This document shows positions 27,990-38,352 of a DNA stretch of 64,000 nt, piece by piece. The first letter of the stretch is position 1. Each line of letters begins with the position of its first letter. The translations under genes were made by a program, and so were the position numbers. The notes beneath the pieces were generated by a model. It worked only from the letters and a program-made list of their open reading frames with translations, searched no databases and was not told the DNA's origin. The DNA comes from a candidate division WOR-3 bacterium (lineage in GTDB: Bacteria > Hydrothermota > Hydrothermia > B15-G9 > WFZT01), in the NCBI GenBank assembly GCA_027053075.1, contig JALUEE010000078.1, forward strand, positions 1-64,000, read 5' to 3'.

Positions 27990-30900
27990 TTAATATTTGA
28001 GGAAAACTATCTTTTTAACAACGTTTCTCATAGATGTCTTTAATCTGATGAAATAAACTCCTGAAGTCAAATGGATATCGCTCGTGTTCACATCAAATGT
28101 GTGGATTCCGGCCTGAAGTTTTCCTGATACCAGACGCTTAACCATTCTACCAGCCGTATTGTAAAGAGAAATATCAACTTTATCCGCTCTGTCAAGGGAA
28201 AGGTTGAGCCTGATGTTCTTGTTGCTGTAGATAATTGGGCCATTTACCACAGCAAAGCTAAATCCAAATCTCTCGGGTGTACCTGACCTCAACTGGAATG
28301 CACCCAATTTCCTCGTACGGAAAATGTAAAATCCACTTTCCTCATCATAATAGGTCTTTATAGGCTCCCACTCGCCATTCCTGTATGCATAAACTTTCTG
28401 TGCTTCTCTGCTCATTGGCCTGATTTTTATCGTTATCTCTCTCGCACTTGTGATTCGATTGTTACCGATTAGGTAAACATCTGACATTCCTGTGCTCGCT
28501 CCATGATAGGTAAGCTCGGCTAAATCTTTATCTATTTTATCAATCAGTACTGTGGTGACACCTGGAAATGCATTAGCAGGAGCTTCTATGATCACCTGAC
28601 CACCGAGTGCCGTGTAAACGCCTCCCTGCTCAGATATGGACTGAACACTAATGGTATCTGGTGATATGGATGCATCATTACCTGCAAGGTCCTGCGCTCT
28701 GACTGAAACTTCAACGTCTCCACGGAGATCAAGTAACACTGGGACAAAGTAGTTAAACAGGCTATCACCACTACTTAATAACTTCATGTTGTAAGCTCTC
28801 GTTTCAGGTGAAGAGTCAGCTAAGGTTGAAAATGTGACAATAGGATTTGGTGTTTTTACATCTGTCATAAGTCCATAAAATCTGCTGCCGACTTTGTCGT
28901 ATCCAACAACATACATCTGTATCATGCGGGGATTACCTGGATTCTGGAGAGCATAAGTACCCACAATTTGAGGGGCAGTCGTATCTTCAGTCAGGTAATA
29001 AGGGATCGTTTTGCTTACGTTGAGGTTTGCAATTAAATATTTAAATGAACTACAAGAGTCATCATTAACTGTCATTGCAAATCTTCCAAGCGAATCAAGA
29101 GGAACCACTTTAGCCACTGAATCGGTCCCACATACCATAAATATCTTCAGATAGTCCTGATCACCATCTTTTGCGTTAAATCTCTCACCAGTTATGGTAT
29201 CTATCGCATCTCTCCAAACAGCAAACCCTGAAGGGGCCATAACCTGGGATGATTTCTGTTCCCCTGAGCCAGGAATATCTGATATGGCGGCAGATTTCAC
29301 ATGGATTGAGTCCATAGGAGGTGCATAACCAAAGGCTGTATCTACAATGGAACCGCTCGAATCCTGGAGGTAAAGTGTACGGTTGAAGGTCAATGCGAGA
29401 TACCACTTTGGTGCAAAAGTCAGAAGTGAATCTTTGCCGTAACTATATTTTTTGATAACCTCATTTAAAGACCTATAACCTCTAAGGCCACCGTGTAAAA
29501 CATCTTTTGTAACTACAGTATCACCATAAATCTGCGACATGTATTCGAACCACAGAAGCATTCTTTCACGGTCTATTTCACGGGCTACTGGAGAATTTAG
29601 CCATTGGTGAGTATAGTCAAGAAGTGGACTATTCAGGTACTTTTTATTGCCAAGATAATCAATTCCACCTTTGACTCCGTCGGCAAAATCAAAACCACAC
29701 CTGTATGATGCCCATGCAGCAACACCTGTCAATTCAGCAGGATTAGCCTGCATGTCCACAGACCATACAGCGTATCTGCCATACAGGTATGCCATGAAGG
29801 CCTGGAGTTTACTCCTATTGATACTTCCGTTTGAGATGAATTTCGAAAGGTCAACAACGAGGACTTCTCTCTTGGTAGAATAGTTGTCAAACAGGTCCTC
29901 ATCTCTTGGGTCGAAATACCCAAACACCGGGATAACAGTTGGGTCTGTAGCATTTGATGTCTGAACCAATCTGGTCAGAATGATATAAACTCGTGGATCA
30001 TTATCCACATCAACAAGTACGTTAGGATCAATATGTAGATAAGAGATAATGGAATCAAAGACACTCACACTGTCGTTTTCAAGAACACTGGCAACAGTTG
30101 AGACCGTTCTATCAGTCATCAAACTTCCAACGCCATTTGACACGTTTTCCCACTTGGCCAGAGTCTCATTATAATGGTAGACGCCCTCATCGCAACCAAG
30201 ATAAAGTCCCGTTGAATCGTTGAATATTGTGTATACGTTCTTACTACCAAGAAGTCTTAATGTCTCAAGACCATTGGAGAAATCATTCCATGAATTTCCA
30301 TTATCAGGAGATTCCATCACACCGCCGCCGAGGAGTGAAACATACATATGTCCGTTGTCGATAACAACGTCTGTAACAGGATAATCAAAAGTGCCAACCG
30401 TGTTCCATGAATTACCATAGTCCGAAGTTTTAAATAAACCGCTGTCAGCTGCCACATAAAAGCTTCCAGCAATGTACCGAATGTTATAAACTTTACCAAA
30501 GTTTACATTGAGATGCTCCCAGTCATTACTGGACCATCTGTAAATCCCGCTAACGGCACCAATCAATAATCTTGAAGAATCCGAAGGGTCACCACAAATT
30601 GTCCAAACCGTGTCCGTCAAAGTTCCCAGTAACGAATCAGTTGATGGAGAATTAAATCCCTGGGTCTCAACTCTGTAAACACCGTAAGATGTTGCTGCAT
30701 AAAGAACCTGACCTCTGCCTCCAAATGATACGGTCATAGGGTTAACTGCAATTCCGTATACCGTGGTATCGGCAAAAGCCTCAAGCTTCCATGGACCAGG
30801 GCTTGATGTAAACAGAGTACTGAAAAGACCATCTGAGGTGGCCGCAAAAATTATCGCTTTGATCGCGGGCAAACTGTCTCTGACATAGTTAAAATCAAAA

Positions 30901-31307
30901 ACATCCATGTCTGCAACGGTAACAGTATCACCTGTAGGTCTGATGTACCTGTCAATCTTCAAATCCATTCCAGAAAGCCCTCTCTCCCATATCCAGTTAA
31001 TTCCATCTGAGCTGTTATAGATGTAAGCAGGATTCTGTCCCGGTAATCTCTTCGATCCAATCCATAGTCTATTGTAATTGTTACCAATCCTGAATCTGCC
31101 AATCTTTATTATAGCAACTCGGTCAGCAGACACAATATAAAAATTGTTTCCTCTGTATCTCACAACCCCAATATCAGGAACAGTATCCCGGCTCAGGATA
31201 AGGCGGAAGTTGTTAACATAAAAACTGATCGTATCACCTACTTCTTTAGCGGGAAGAGTTGATATGAATAAAAGTGAAAGCACTAATAAAATCTTCTTAA
31301 AGCGCAT
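27990..31307 (-). CDS. Large secreted protein: Asp-box propeller, degenerate zinc-metalloprotease-like domain and T9SS-like CTD
   Basis: Signal peptide; TSDYGNSW and SPDNGNSW; DVDNDPRVYII...GYFD..D; CTD LYNTAGRMV...SGVYFIRL. Confidence 0.78.
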   Translation of the reverse strand: MRFKKILLVLSLLFISTLPAKEVGDTISFYVNNFRLILSRDTVPDIGVVRYRGNNFYIVSADRVAIIKIGRFRIGNNYNRLWIGSKRLPGQNPAYIYNSSDGINWIWERGLSGMDLKIDRYIRPTGDTVTVADMDVFDFNYVRDSLPAIKAIIFAATSDGLFSTLFTSSPGPWKLEAFADTTVYGIAVNPMTVSFGGRGQVLYAATSYGVYRVETQGFNSPSTDSLLGTLTDTVWTICGDPSDSSRLLIGAVSGIYRWSSNDWEHLNVNFGKVYNIRYIAGSFYVAADSGLFKTSDYGNSWNTVGTFDYPVTDVVIDNGHMYVSLLGGGVMESPDNGNSWNDFSNGLETLRLLGSKNVYTIFNDSTGLYLGCDEGVYHYNETLAKWENVSNGVGSLMTDRTVSTVASVLENDSVSVFDSIISYLHIDPNVLVDVDNDPRVYIILTRLVQTSNATDPTVIPVFGYFDPRDEDLFDNYSTKREVLVVDLSKFISNGSINRSKLQAFMAYLYGRYAVWSVDMQANPAELTGVAAWASYRCGFDFADGVKGGIDYLGNKKYLNSPLLDYTHQWLNSPVAREIDRERMLLWFEYMSQIYGDTVVTKDVLHGGLRGYRSLNEVIKKYSYGKDSLLTFAPKWYLALTFNRTLYLQDSSGSIVDTAFGYAPPMDSIHVKSAAISDIPGSGEQKSSQVMAPSGFAVWRDAIDTITGERFNAKDGDQDYLKIFMVCGTDSVAKVVPLDSLGRFAMTVNDDSCSSFKYLIANLNVSKTIPYYLTEDTTAPQIVGTYALQNPGNPRMIQMYVVGYDKVGSRFYGLMTDVKTPNPIVTFSTLADSSPETRAYNMKLLSSGDSLFNYFVPVLLDLRGDVEVSVRAQDLAGNDASISPDTISVQSISEQGGVYTALGGQVIIEAPANAFPGVTTVLIDKIDKDLAELTYHGASTGMSDVYLIGNNRITSAREITIKIRPMSREAQKVYAYRNGEWEPIKTYYDEESGFYIFRTRKLGAFQLRSGTPERFGFSFAVVNGPIIYSNKNIRLNLSLDRADKVDISLYNTAGRMVKRLVSGKLQAGIHTFDVNTSDIHLTSGVYFIRLKTSMRNVVKKIVFLKY

Positions 31308-31319
31308 GGTGATCCTCCT

Positions 31320-32297
31320 TTATTTTGCAAACACAATTCCTAATCTAACAACATCAGGTAAGTGCCCAAAATCGTTGTAAGAAATATCAAATCTCTTATT
31401 TCCAAGGTTAAATGACGCTCCGGCACCGAATCCACCTTCGTCAAGGTTAAAGTGATACCCCGCTCTCAGAGTCAGGATTTCTACTGGCTGCATCTCAAAA
31501 CCGATAGCAAAAGATTCCCTGTTATCCTTGGGATTGATAATTTCCACAGAACCTGTGAGTCTCTTGATTTTATTACCATTCTTTATGAAATCTCTTGCTA
31601 AGCCCAGCCTGAAGGTCAACGGGAGTGAATAACTCTGGTATTTTCTTTTCTCTGTAGTAACCTGGCTTCCTTTCATTATCCATAAATCATATTCACCTTT
31701 AGGGGACATGTCAGCGCCAAGATTCTGCAAAGACATCGCAACTCTAATATCTTTAAAACCTGTGTAGAAGTAGGTTCCTGCATCTATTGCAACTGAGTAA
31801 GCACTTGTTACATTTCCAAGATTTTCATCAATAAATTTCACAGCAACACCGGCTGCAAATTTATCCGTGTAGAATCTTGAAACGCCAAATCCAAGCTGCA
31901 TTGCAGAATAAGAAAATGTGCCAGTTTCCACAATATTATGATTCTCGTCAAAGGCTACCCCTTCAAATCCTCCCATGTAAATTCCACTTGCAAAAACGGA
32001 GAAAGTACCAATAGGATATTTCGGGAAAATCACAGCAAAGGCCGGAACACGTCCATCTGCAATCCAGTTTGAATAACTCGTAAAGAATGCAAACTGTCTC
32101 AAATGGGCAATACCTGCTGGATTCCAGAAAATACTCGATGGATCATTTGCAACAGCAACGAATGCGTCTCCCATTCCTGAAGCTCTCGGGGTAACGCTGA
32201 TGGACAGGAATTTGGCCCCTGCACTACCCACAGGAACCTGTGAGTACAGGGGAGCGCTCATTAAGGCAATTATTAACAATTTCTTAAGCATCACCAA
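31320..32297 (-). CDS. PorV/PorQ-family (UPF0164) outer-membrane beta-barrel
   Basis: FLSISVTPRASGMGDAFVAVANDPSSIFWNPAG signature; QNLG, LPLTFRLG, LRAGY. Confidence 0.88.
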   Translation of the reverse strand: MVMLKKLLIIALMSAPLYSQVPVGSAGAKFLSISVTPRASGMGDAFVAVANDPSSIFWNPAGIAHLRQFAFFTSYSNWIADGRVPAFAVIFPKYPIGTFSVFASGIYMGGFEGVAFDENHNIVETGTFSYSAMQLGFGVSRFYTDKFAAGVAVKFIDENLGNVTSAYSVAIDAGTYFYTGFKDIRVAMSLQNLGADMSPKGEYDLWIMKGSQVTTEKRKYQSYSLPLTFRLGLARDFIKNGNKIKRLTGSVEIINPKDNRESFAIGFEMQPVEILTLRAGYHFNLDEGGFGAGASFNLGNKRFDISYNDFGHLPDVVRLGIVFAK

Positions 32298-32302
32298 CCT
32301 CC

Positions 32303-34393
32303 TTATTTAAGGATGAGAAACTTCCCAATCTTGTATTTGCCATCCGGTGTTTCAACCTTATAAATGTAGACGCCAGTAACAACTTTCTGCCCTGATCTCG
32401 TCAGCAAGTTCCAGGCCTCTGAACCGTCAGTAGAAGAATTGTGAACTATTGTCTTAACCAGGTCACCACTCAGTGTGTAAATCCTTATTACTGCCTGTGG
32501 AGGTAAATTGATGAATTCAACCTTATCGGCTATTTCAGATGCTGTCCATGGTGCCGAGCCCTTATAAGGATTGGGTACAACTTTAACGTTATCAACAGAG
32601 CTGGCTGGCTGAGTGCCTATAACAAGAGCAAGCGGGTTGCCATCCTCGTCTTTCTTATAGTTATTTTTGGGGCTTTCGAGAGAATCATCATCAACTGCAA
32701 CTACTACATAATAGTATGGGAATCCAACGGAAACTGTTGTATCAACATAGGAGTGCACAAATCCACCAGTTGAATCCTGGTGAAATTCAGCTATTAACTG
32801 CCAGTTGGAGGGTGCAAAAACGGCTCTATAAACTCTATATGCTACGACATCAACAACTCCCTTAATAGGATCAGGAGTCCTTTCTGCATAATCATCCCAT
32901 ATAAGTTCAACGCCCCGCTTGGTATAAGAGTACCTCAACCCGGGCGCAGCTGGGGGAACAGGAATATTCCAGTGACGATCCTCATCCGGTGCTGATGGAT
33001 GTGCAGGGTCACTATGCTCTGAACCTGCATAATAGGCTTTCAAAGCATTTTCCATCACCTGTCTCAAACCTAACAACCAGCCTCTACCCCAATAAGAATC
33101 ATAGCCACCATTCATTCCCTGTCCTACTCCTACGACCCATACGAATTTTAGTGTATCACCAGGTCTCAAAGTAAACGGTCCTACAGTGGAAAGGAAACGA
33201 TAATCAAATACAGATGCATGCAAATCCTCAGGATGTGGGGCATATCTATAATAGTGCCCATTCATATAGGTAGCTCTGTGATGACCCTTTAAATAGTTGT
33301 AAATATCCTCATCAGTAGCCGGGTCACTTTCCCAGTTCCACCACTGGTGAGACCATGGTCTTACTATTCTGCATGTATCACCATTAACGACCCAGGTCGT
33401 ATCTGAAGGTGCTGGAGGAGTATACAACCAGCTACCGCCTATATATCCAGCGCATGCTCCACCTTCACCTGTATCATCACCTGGATCTGCCGGATTATCA
33501 CCATCGTAAATATAGGAAATGCCTCTTGGAATCAGATAACCCCTGATGGTGTCCGTATCACTTCTAACGATCGTCCATGCAGCAGCTGAATCAACAATAT
33601 GTTCATTATCCTCGTCACCCCATACCAGATACTGGTCGGGAATACCATCGGGTTGTGCCAGAAAAGTATCAGGAAGAACTGTAAAGCTATCTACTGGCTC
33701 TCTGTGTCTAAAATTCGGATTATTCCATTCACCGTTTGTCCAGCCATCAAAAGACACAAGGTCATCAATGTGTGGATCAGAAGGATCAGCTCCGCAAACA
33801 TCACAGTCATACCACATTCCAAGGTACAGGCTGTCGAGTTCCGCAGGCGGAGAGGAACCAATGTCACATTCATTGGGGTCATAAGTTATATAAAATTCAT
33901 GAGCAATAAAATTGTTGTACGGGTAATGTGGCCAGGCGAGAGTGTGAATCACAACTTTAATTCCAGAATGTCTTCCCGGTGTATTCTTCGGATTAGATTT
34001 GTAATCATTGATAGAAGTATAAACATCCCATGCAGATTCTCTTGGACCCGCCACAGAGTTATAGTCACTCGTGTAGTTCCATTCTCCATCAGGATAGTTA
34101 TGAGATGTTACATACACATTATCACCGACTTTAAATCCGATGGTGAAATAGCTACCCCACAAGTAATATGGATGTCCATTACCGCCGGGCCAATCATATC
34201 CATAATCGTTGTTGTTGAAATCTCCTCCGAGACTTCCAAAATTACTTATGTAGTTCCACACATTGCCAACAGTAATGTTAAACTTCTGCTTCTTGGAGTC
34301 TTTGGTGCTCATTACACCCGTAGAAGAACCGGTATCTCTCGCACCCAACACAGTGAATGCAAGAAATGCACTTAGCAAAATTGCTCTTTTCAT
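32303..34393 (-). CDS. Secreted acidic protein with FN3-like domain and FlgD-like/T9SS CTD
   Basis: Signal peptide; PPAAP..V.L.WD...YRVYR...YYYVVVAVD (FN3-like); VKVVPNPY...FINLP...IYTLSGDLV...WNL...GVYIY. Confidence 0.8.
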   Translation of the reverse strand: MKRAILLSAFLAFTVLGARDTGSSTGVMSTKDSKKQKFNITVGNVWNYISNFGSLGGDFNNNDYGYDWPGGNGHPYYLWGSYFTIGFKVGDNVYVTSHNYPDGEWNYTSDYNSVAGPRESAWDVYTSINDYKSNPKNTPGRHSGIKVVIHTLAWPHYPYNNFIAHEFYITYDPNECDIGSSPPAELDSLYLGMWYDCDVCGADPSDPHIDDLVSFDGWTNGEWNNPNFRHREPVDSFTVLPDTFLAQPDGIPDQYLVWGDEDNEHIVDSAAAWTIVRSDTDTIRGYLIPRGISYIYDGDNPADPGDDTGEGGACAGYIGGSWLYTPPAPSDTTWVVNGDTCRIVRPWSHQWWNWESDPATDEDIYNYLKGHHRATYMNGHYYRYAPHPEDLHASVFDYRFLSTVGPFTLRPGDTLKFVWVVGVGQGMNGGYDSYWGRGWLLGLRQVMENALKAYYAGSEHSDPAHPSAPDEDRHWNIPVPPAAPGLRYSYTKRGVELIWDDYAERTPDPIKGVVDVVAYRVYRAVFAPSNWQLIAEFHQDSTGGFVHSYVDTTVSVGFPYYYVVVAVDDDSLESPKNNYKKDEDGNPLALVIGTQPASSVDNVKVVPNPYKGSAPWTASEIADKVEFINLPPQAVIRIYTLSGDLVKTIVHNSSTDGSEAWNLLTRSGQKVVTGVYIYKVETPDGKYKIGKFLILK

Positions 34394-34407
34394 TTATTAA
34401 TACCTCC

Positions 34408-37400
34408 TTAAAAACCCTTCAATTTGAATTCAAGACCCAAACGTGTCGTTCTACGTGGATAATAAACTGCAGGATTCTTTACCTCACCTTCTGGCATATG
34501 GAACTGCACGTACCAATCAACATTCTCAAAACGATTCAAGTCTTTCCTGTTTGTCACGTTCAACACATCAACGTAGAATCTGAACTTAGCCTTGCCTATC
34601 TCGAAATTCTTGATGAACTTCATATTAAGCTGCATGTGAGATGGCAATCTTGCCGAATTAATCTTTTCAACAGCATCACGTGGTGTTCTAATCGGTGGAG
34701 TATAAGGATAACCACTGCCATAGGTGAACTGGAACATCAAACTGAAGTTATCAAGATACCTGATATTAGCAAGGCTCTTGTTCTTGGGGAAAACTACGCC
34801 AAAATTGGCCACAAGGCTGTGCCTCTGGTCCCAATCAAGTGGAGACTCTTTGTGAGGCAGAGGATAACCTCTCCACATCCAGTCATAAGCATTAAATGGA
34901 GATGAGAAAGAACCATATGCATACTGCAGCGTGTAATCAATTGATAATGTCAGGAAAGGTAGCACCATTCCACCAGGCCTCTTGGAGAAAGAGAATTCGA
35001 TTCCACGAACTGTACCCCAGTCTTCATTTACATAAGTCGAATAATTGGCGCCTGCAATTCCGTATGAGAACTGCTTTAATCTCGACCACTTGAGTATGTC
35101 TTTATAAAACGCTGTCACGTCTACGACCATCTGATTATTTATAGCATGCTTAAGTCCCAGCTCATAAGATATAGTTTTTTCCGGCTCTATATTAGCATTT
35201 CCTACAATAGGGAATGCTCCTGAGAATACATAATTACTCAAAATCTGATAAAATGGAGGTATCTGCAGATAATGACCGTAAGTAAAGTGCAGTACATCCC
35301 TGTCACTGATTGGATGTGATACTCCCAACCTTGGACTTATATACCACTTTGAACCAACCTTAACAGGATTCTTCATCATTCTTATGGTGTGCCACAGTGA
35401 ATCTGATACAAAAGGATCATTACTGTCGGAAATAGCATATCCGCCAGAGTTGTAATAATCAATTCTGAAGCCCACTTTCGCGATCATTCCCTCCATCTCA
35501 ATCTTGTCTCTCAAATAAGCGGCAAATACCCAAGGAACTGCCGGATGATCGTTAAACCAGTTGATAAACGTGTAAGGGTCTCCAGGCCTGGAGGTCAAAT
35601 GAGGATTCAAAAGCGTGAGATACACGTTACCACCCGAGGCATAATCTGCACCGTAACGAGTGATGTTGATTCTCTTATACTCCATCCCTGCGAGGATTTC
35701 ATGGTGTTTCGTAACCTGACTGGTCAACTTTGTTGTGAACGTGAGATAACTACTGTTTCCATAGTACCACTGGCTACGCTGCCACGTGTTCATTCCGGGC
35801 AGATACTGTCCGCCAACTTTCAACAAAGTATCAATCACAGTAACTATACTATCAGTAAACTCATGCCCTTTAAGAGGCCACCTGAATGGGAACTCGTAGA
35901 AATCATTAGATACCTGGAGCACAGTATCGACATAAGTATTACCGGAATCATCCATGGCTTCTACCACGAGCACCTTCAGGTCAACATTTGACCTCTGGCC
36001 CCATCCCTCCGTATTCAAAACACTGAAAATAGTGTCAACTGTGTCACGGAAAATAGGATCGACAATAAACATCTCCTCAGCTTCAGGCCACCACTTGGGA
36101 CCTGAACCTATAGATGGATAAAGGGCCTGTACCTTCGTGTCCCACCAGTAATACGGAATCTCAACATAACCCGCCGACCAGTTAATCTCAGGGTGTACAG
36201 TATCTCCATTGGGAGATACATAACTGTATAGTGAATCAATATTTATCCACTCCCAGTGTGTATGGACTGAGTCTATCCTACCGTGAGTTCTAAATGTATC
36301 AATCACAAGTTTTTTAAAGTAATCAAGGTCTACCTCCACAAAACCATCTTTATCTCGGTCCGCAAAGTCATCCACTCCATCTCTGTCTACATCTTCCATT
36401 ACATTGGACTCAAGCTTTCTGCGGAAGTAACCAAGTCTCAGCTCCCAGTATGTTCTTGATGAAAATATCTTATTGATACCAAAGATAAACTGGAGCTGGT
36501 TATCGTCATTGTATGAAGTGTGATCGAGTGCAAGCCTCCAGTATGGAGAATATCCTCTCGTGTGTGCCTTTGCCCAGAACCCACTTGTAAAGAACTTCCA
36601 GGAAGCGAGGGGATATGTAATCTTCCACTGGAAATTTTTCCTCACATTCCAGAATTTAGGGTCAGGAGATACAGGGAATCTGCCCTTATTGGTCTGATAT
36701 TGCCCAGAAATGAAGAATTTAGCACCACTCCTATTTCTGGGATTTATTGGGCCACCAAAGCTAAACTGAGTGATGTAATCCCTTGAATGATGTCTTCCAA
36801 CAGGACTGTTGAAATCAAGATTCTTACCGGTCAGAAAGTCATAATATTCGTCGCCCCAGTTTCTATCCAGAAAACCGTATATTTTGTCTCCAAGGAAAGA
36901 AAAGTCAGATGTAACGGTCTCAAGTGTGAATCCATATTTAGGACCACCTTCTTTTGTAACAATATTAATAGTACCGGATGAGACCGTTCCCTGATCCACA
37001 TCAAATCCACCTTTCGATATTGATGTTTCTTCGATGGAGAGGAGGGGAATATTCGCAAATGTATTATTACTATAAGGATCGCGAATTTCTACACCATCAA
37101 TAACGTATACCACTTCGTCAGGACGACCACCTCTAACATGAAGACCTCCTCTTGCAATAACTCCGGCCTGCTGGGATACCACCTGAGCAACATTTGTAAC
37201 AGGCAGCTCGGCCAATTGCGAGGATTTTACTATGTCCACACTTGCAGTCAGGTCTTTTTTAATGATGGGTTCCTTTGCAACTGCGACAACCTCTTTTGTC
37301 ACAAGAGTTGCAGGCTCAAGTTTAAAATTGACCTCTGTGGTTCTATCTACATCAACTGTTACATTCTCTACCTTCATCGTTTTGTAACCGATGTAGGAAC

Positions 37401-37623
37401 ACGTCAGGGTATACGTACCAGGAGGCACATTTAAAATAACATAATAGCCATCCTGGTCAGAAGATGCTCCCATTCTCGTCCCCTCTATTATTATGTTAGC
37501 AGCCGGAAGTGGTTCACCAGTATGCTTGTCGGTGACTCTACCGACAATTTTACCAGTAGTTCCGGCTGTGAGGGACGAAAATGCAAATAGGAGCGCCAGC
37601 ACCCACACATTCTTAAGCCTCAT
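34408..37623 (-). CDS. TonB-dependent receptor with N-terminal CarboxypepD_reg domain
   Basis: GTTGKIVGRVTD..TGEPL; plug motif HVRGGR..EV.Y.IDG; SPRLG, EPEKTISYELG, C-terminal PR...LG...F. Confidence 0.93.
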   Translation of the reverse strand: MRLKNVWVLALLFAFSSLTAGTTGKIVGRVTDKHTGEPLPAANIIIEGTRMGASSDQDGYYVILNVPPGTYTLTCSYIGYKTMKVENVTVDVDRTTEVNFKLEPATLVTKEVVAVAKEPIIKKDLTASVDIVKSSQLAELPVTNVAQVVSQQAGVIARGGLHVRGGRPDEVVYVIDGVEIRDPYSNNTFANIPLLSIEETSISKGGFDVDQGTVSSGTINIVTKEGGPKYGFTLETVTSDFSFLGDKIYGFLDRNWGDEYYDFLTGKNLDFNSPVGRHHSRDYITQFSFGGPINPRNRSGAKFFISGQYQTNKGRFPVSPDPKFWNVRKNFQWKITYPLASWKFFTSGFWAKAHTRGYSPYWRLALDHTSYNDDNQLQFIFGINKIFSSRTYWELRLGYFRRKLESNVMEDVDRDGVDDFADRDKDGFVEVDLDYFKKLVIDTFRTHGRIDSVHTHWEWINIDSLYSYVSPNGDTVHPEINWSAGYVEIPYYWWDTKVQALYPSIGSGPKWWPEAEEMFIVDPIFRDTVDTIFSVLNTEGWGQRSNVDLKVLVVEAMDDSGNTYVDTVLQVSNDFYEFPFRWPLKGHEFTDSIVTVIDTLLKVGGQYLPGMNTWQRSQWYYGNSSYLTFTTKLTSQVTKHHEILAGMEYKRINITRYGADYASGGNVYLTLLNPHLTSRPGDPYTFINWFNDHPAVPWVFAAYLRDKIEMEGMIAKVGFRIDYYNSGGYAISDSNDPFVSDSLWHTIRMMKNPVKVGSKWYISPRLGVSHPISDRDVLHFTYGHYLQIPPFYQILSNYVFSGAFPIVGNANIEPEKTISYELGLKHAINNQMVVDVTAFYKDILKWSRLKQFSYGIAGANYSTYVNEDWGTVRGIEFSFSKRPGGMVLPFLTLSIDYTLQYAYGSFSSPFNAYDWMWRGYPLPHKESPLDWDQRHSLVANFGVVFPKNKSLANIRYLDNFSLMFQFTYGSGYPYTPPIRTPRDAVEKINSARLPSHMQLNMKFIKNFEIGKAKFRFYVDVLNVTNRKDLNRFENVDWYVQFHMPEGEVKNPAVYYPRRTTRLGLEFKLKGF

Positions 37624-37648
37624 ACTTTATACCTCCTATTTTTTCTTA

Positions 37649-38296
37649 TCAATGCTCTAACTTAAATATGAATGGAATTGCGACCCAGACCTTTACTGGT
37701 TTGTCTCTCTGACGACCCGGGGTAAATACAAACTGTTTGGCCGCAGCAATCGCTGGCTTGATAAATATGGGGTTCGTGGCTTTTAAAACAACCACTGAGT
37801 CCACTCTCCCCTGTTCGTTCACAAGCACTTTAACAAAAACTCTTCCCTCAATACCAGCTTTACGTGCAAGCTCAGGGTATTGAGGCTCAACCTGCTTTAC
37901 AACCTTTGGCTTAACTTCTACTGCAAAGAATTCATATGTTTTTTCAACCTTTGGGGGAGGTGGAGCTTCAAGCTCATTAAAGGTTGTGGTGGGAGTAAAT
38001 TCGATCTCTTTCTCTGCTTCCTGCTCTTCTTCATCGGAAACATCATTACTCTCTTTAATTTCAACTGGTAATTTTGGCTTTGGTGGAGGCGGCGGTTCTT
38101 TAATCTCCTCCACCTGTGTATTAACCTGCTCCACGATGGTGGTTATCTCAGATTTGGGTTTATAAGGACTAACCTCTACTTTCTTAACCCCAACAAAAAT
38201 TGCGATAAACATAGCAAGGGTTATACCCACCGCGAGGAGCATATTTGTTCCATACTCTTCTTCGAGAGTCAAATTCTTCTTTTCTTTCTCTGCCAT
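37649..38296 (-). CDS. tonB: Energy transducer TonB
   Basis: TM anchor, Pro-rich linker, YPELARKAGIEGRV C-terminal domain. Confidence 0.93.
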   Translation of the reverse strand: MAEKEKKNLTLEEEYGTNMLLAVGITLAMFIAIFVGVKKVEVSPYKPKSEITTIVEQVNTQVEEIKEPPPPPKPKLPVEIKESNDVSDEEEQEAEKEIEFTPTTTFNELEAPPPPKVEKTYEFFAVEVKPKVVKQVEPQYPELARKAGIEGRVFVKVLVNEQGRVDSVVVLKATNPIFIKPAIAAAKQFVFTPGRQRDKPVKVWVAIPFIFKLEH

Positions 38297-38319
38297 CTAA
38301 TCACCTCGTGGTTATCATT

Positions 38320-38349
38320 TATATATATTCAAAGTCTCTTTACTGTCAA
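38320..38349 (-). promoter_or_regulatory. Possible internal sigma70 promoter for tonB and the receptor operon
   Basis: Perfect TTGACA with TATATA at 16-18 bp spacing. Confidence 0.45.
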
Positions 38350-38352
38350 GAC

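Noticed and set aside
33599..34905. Long plus-strand ORFs antisense to the TonB locus, and similar ones at 6785, 17885, 38537 and 44638
   Set aside because: They are shadows of well-supported genes on the opposite strand, with no motifs of their own
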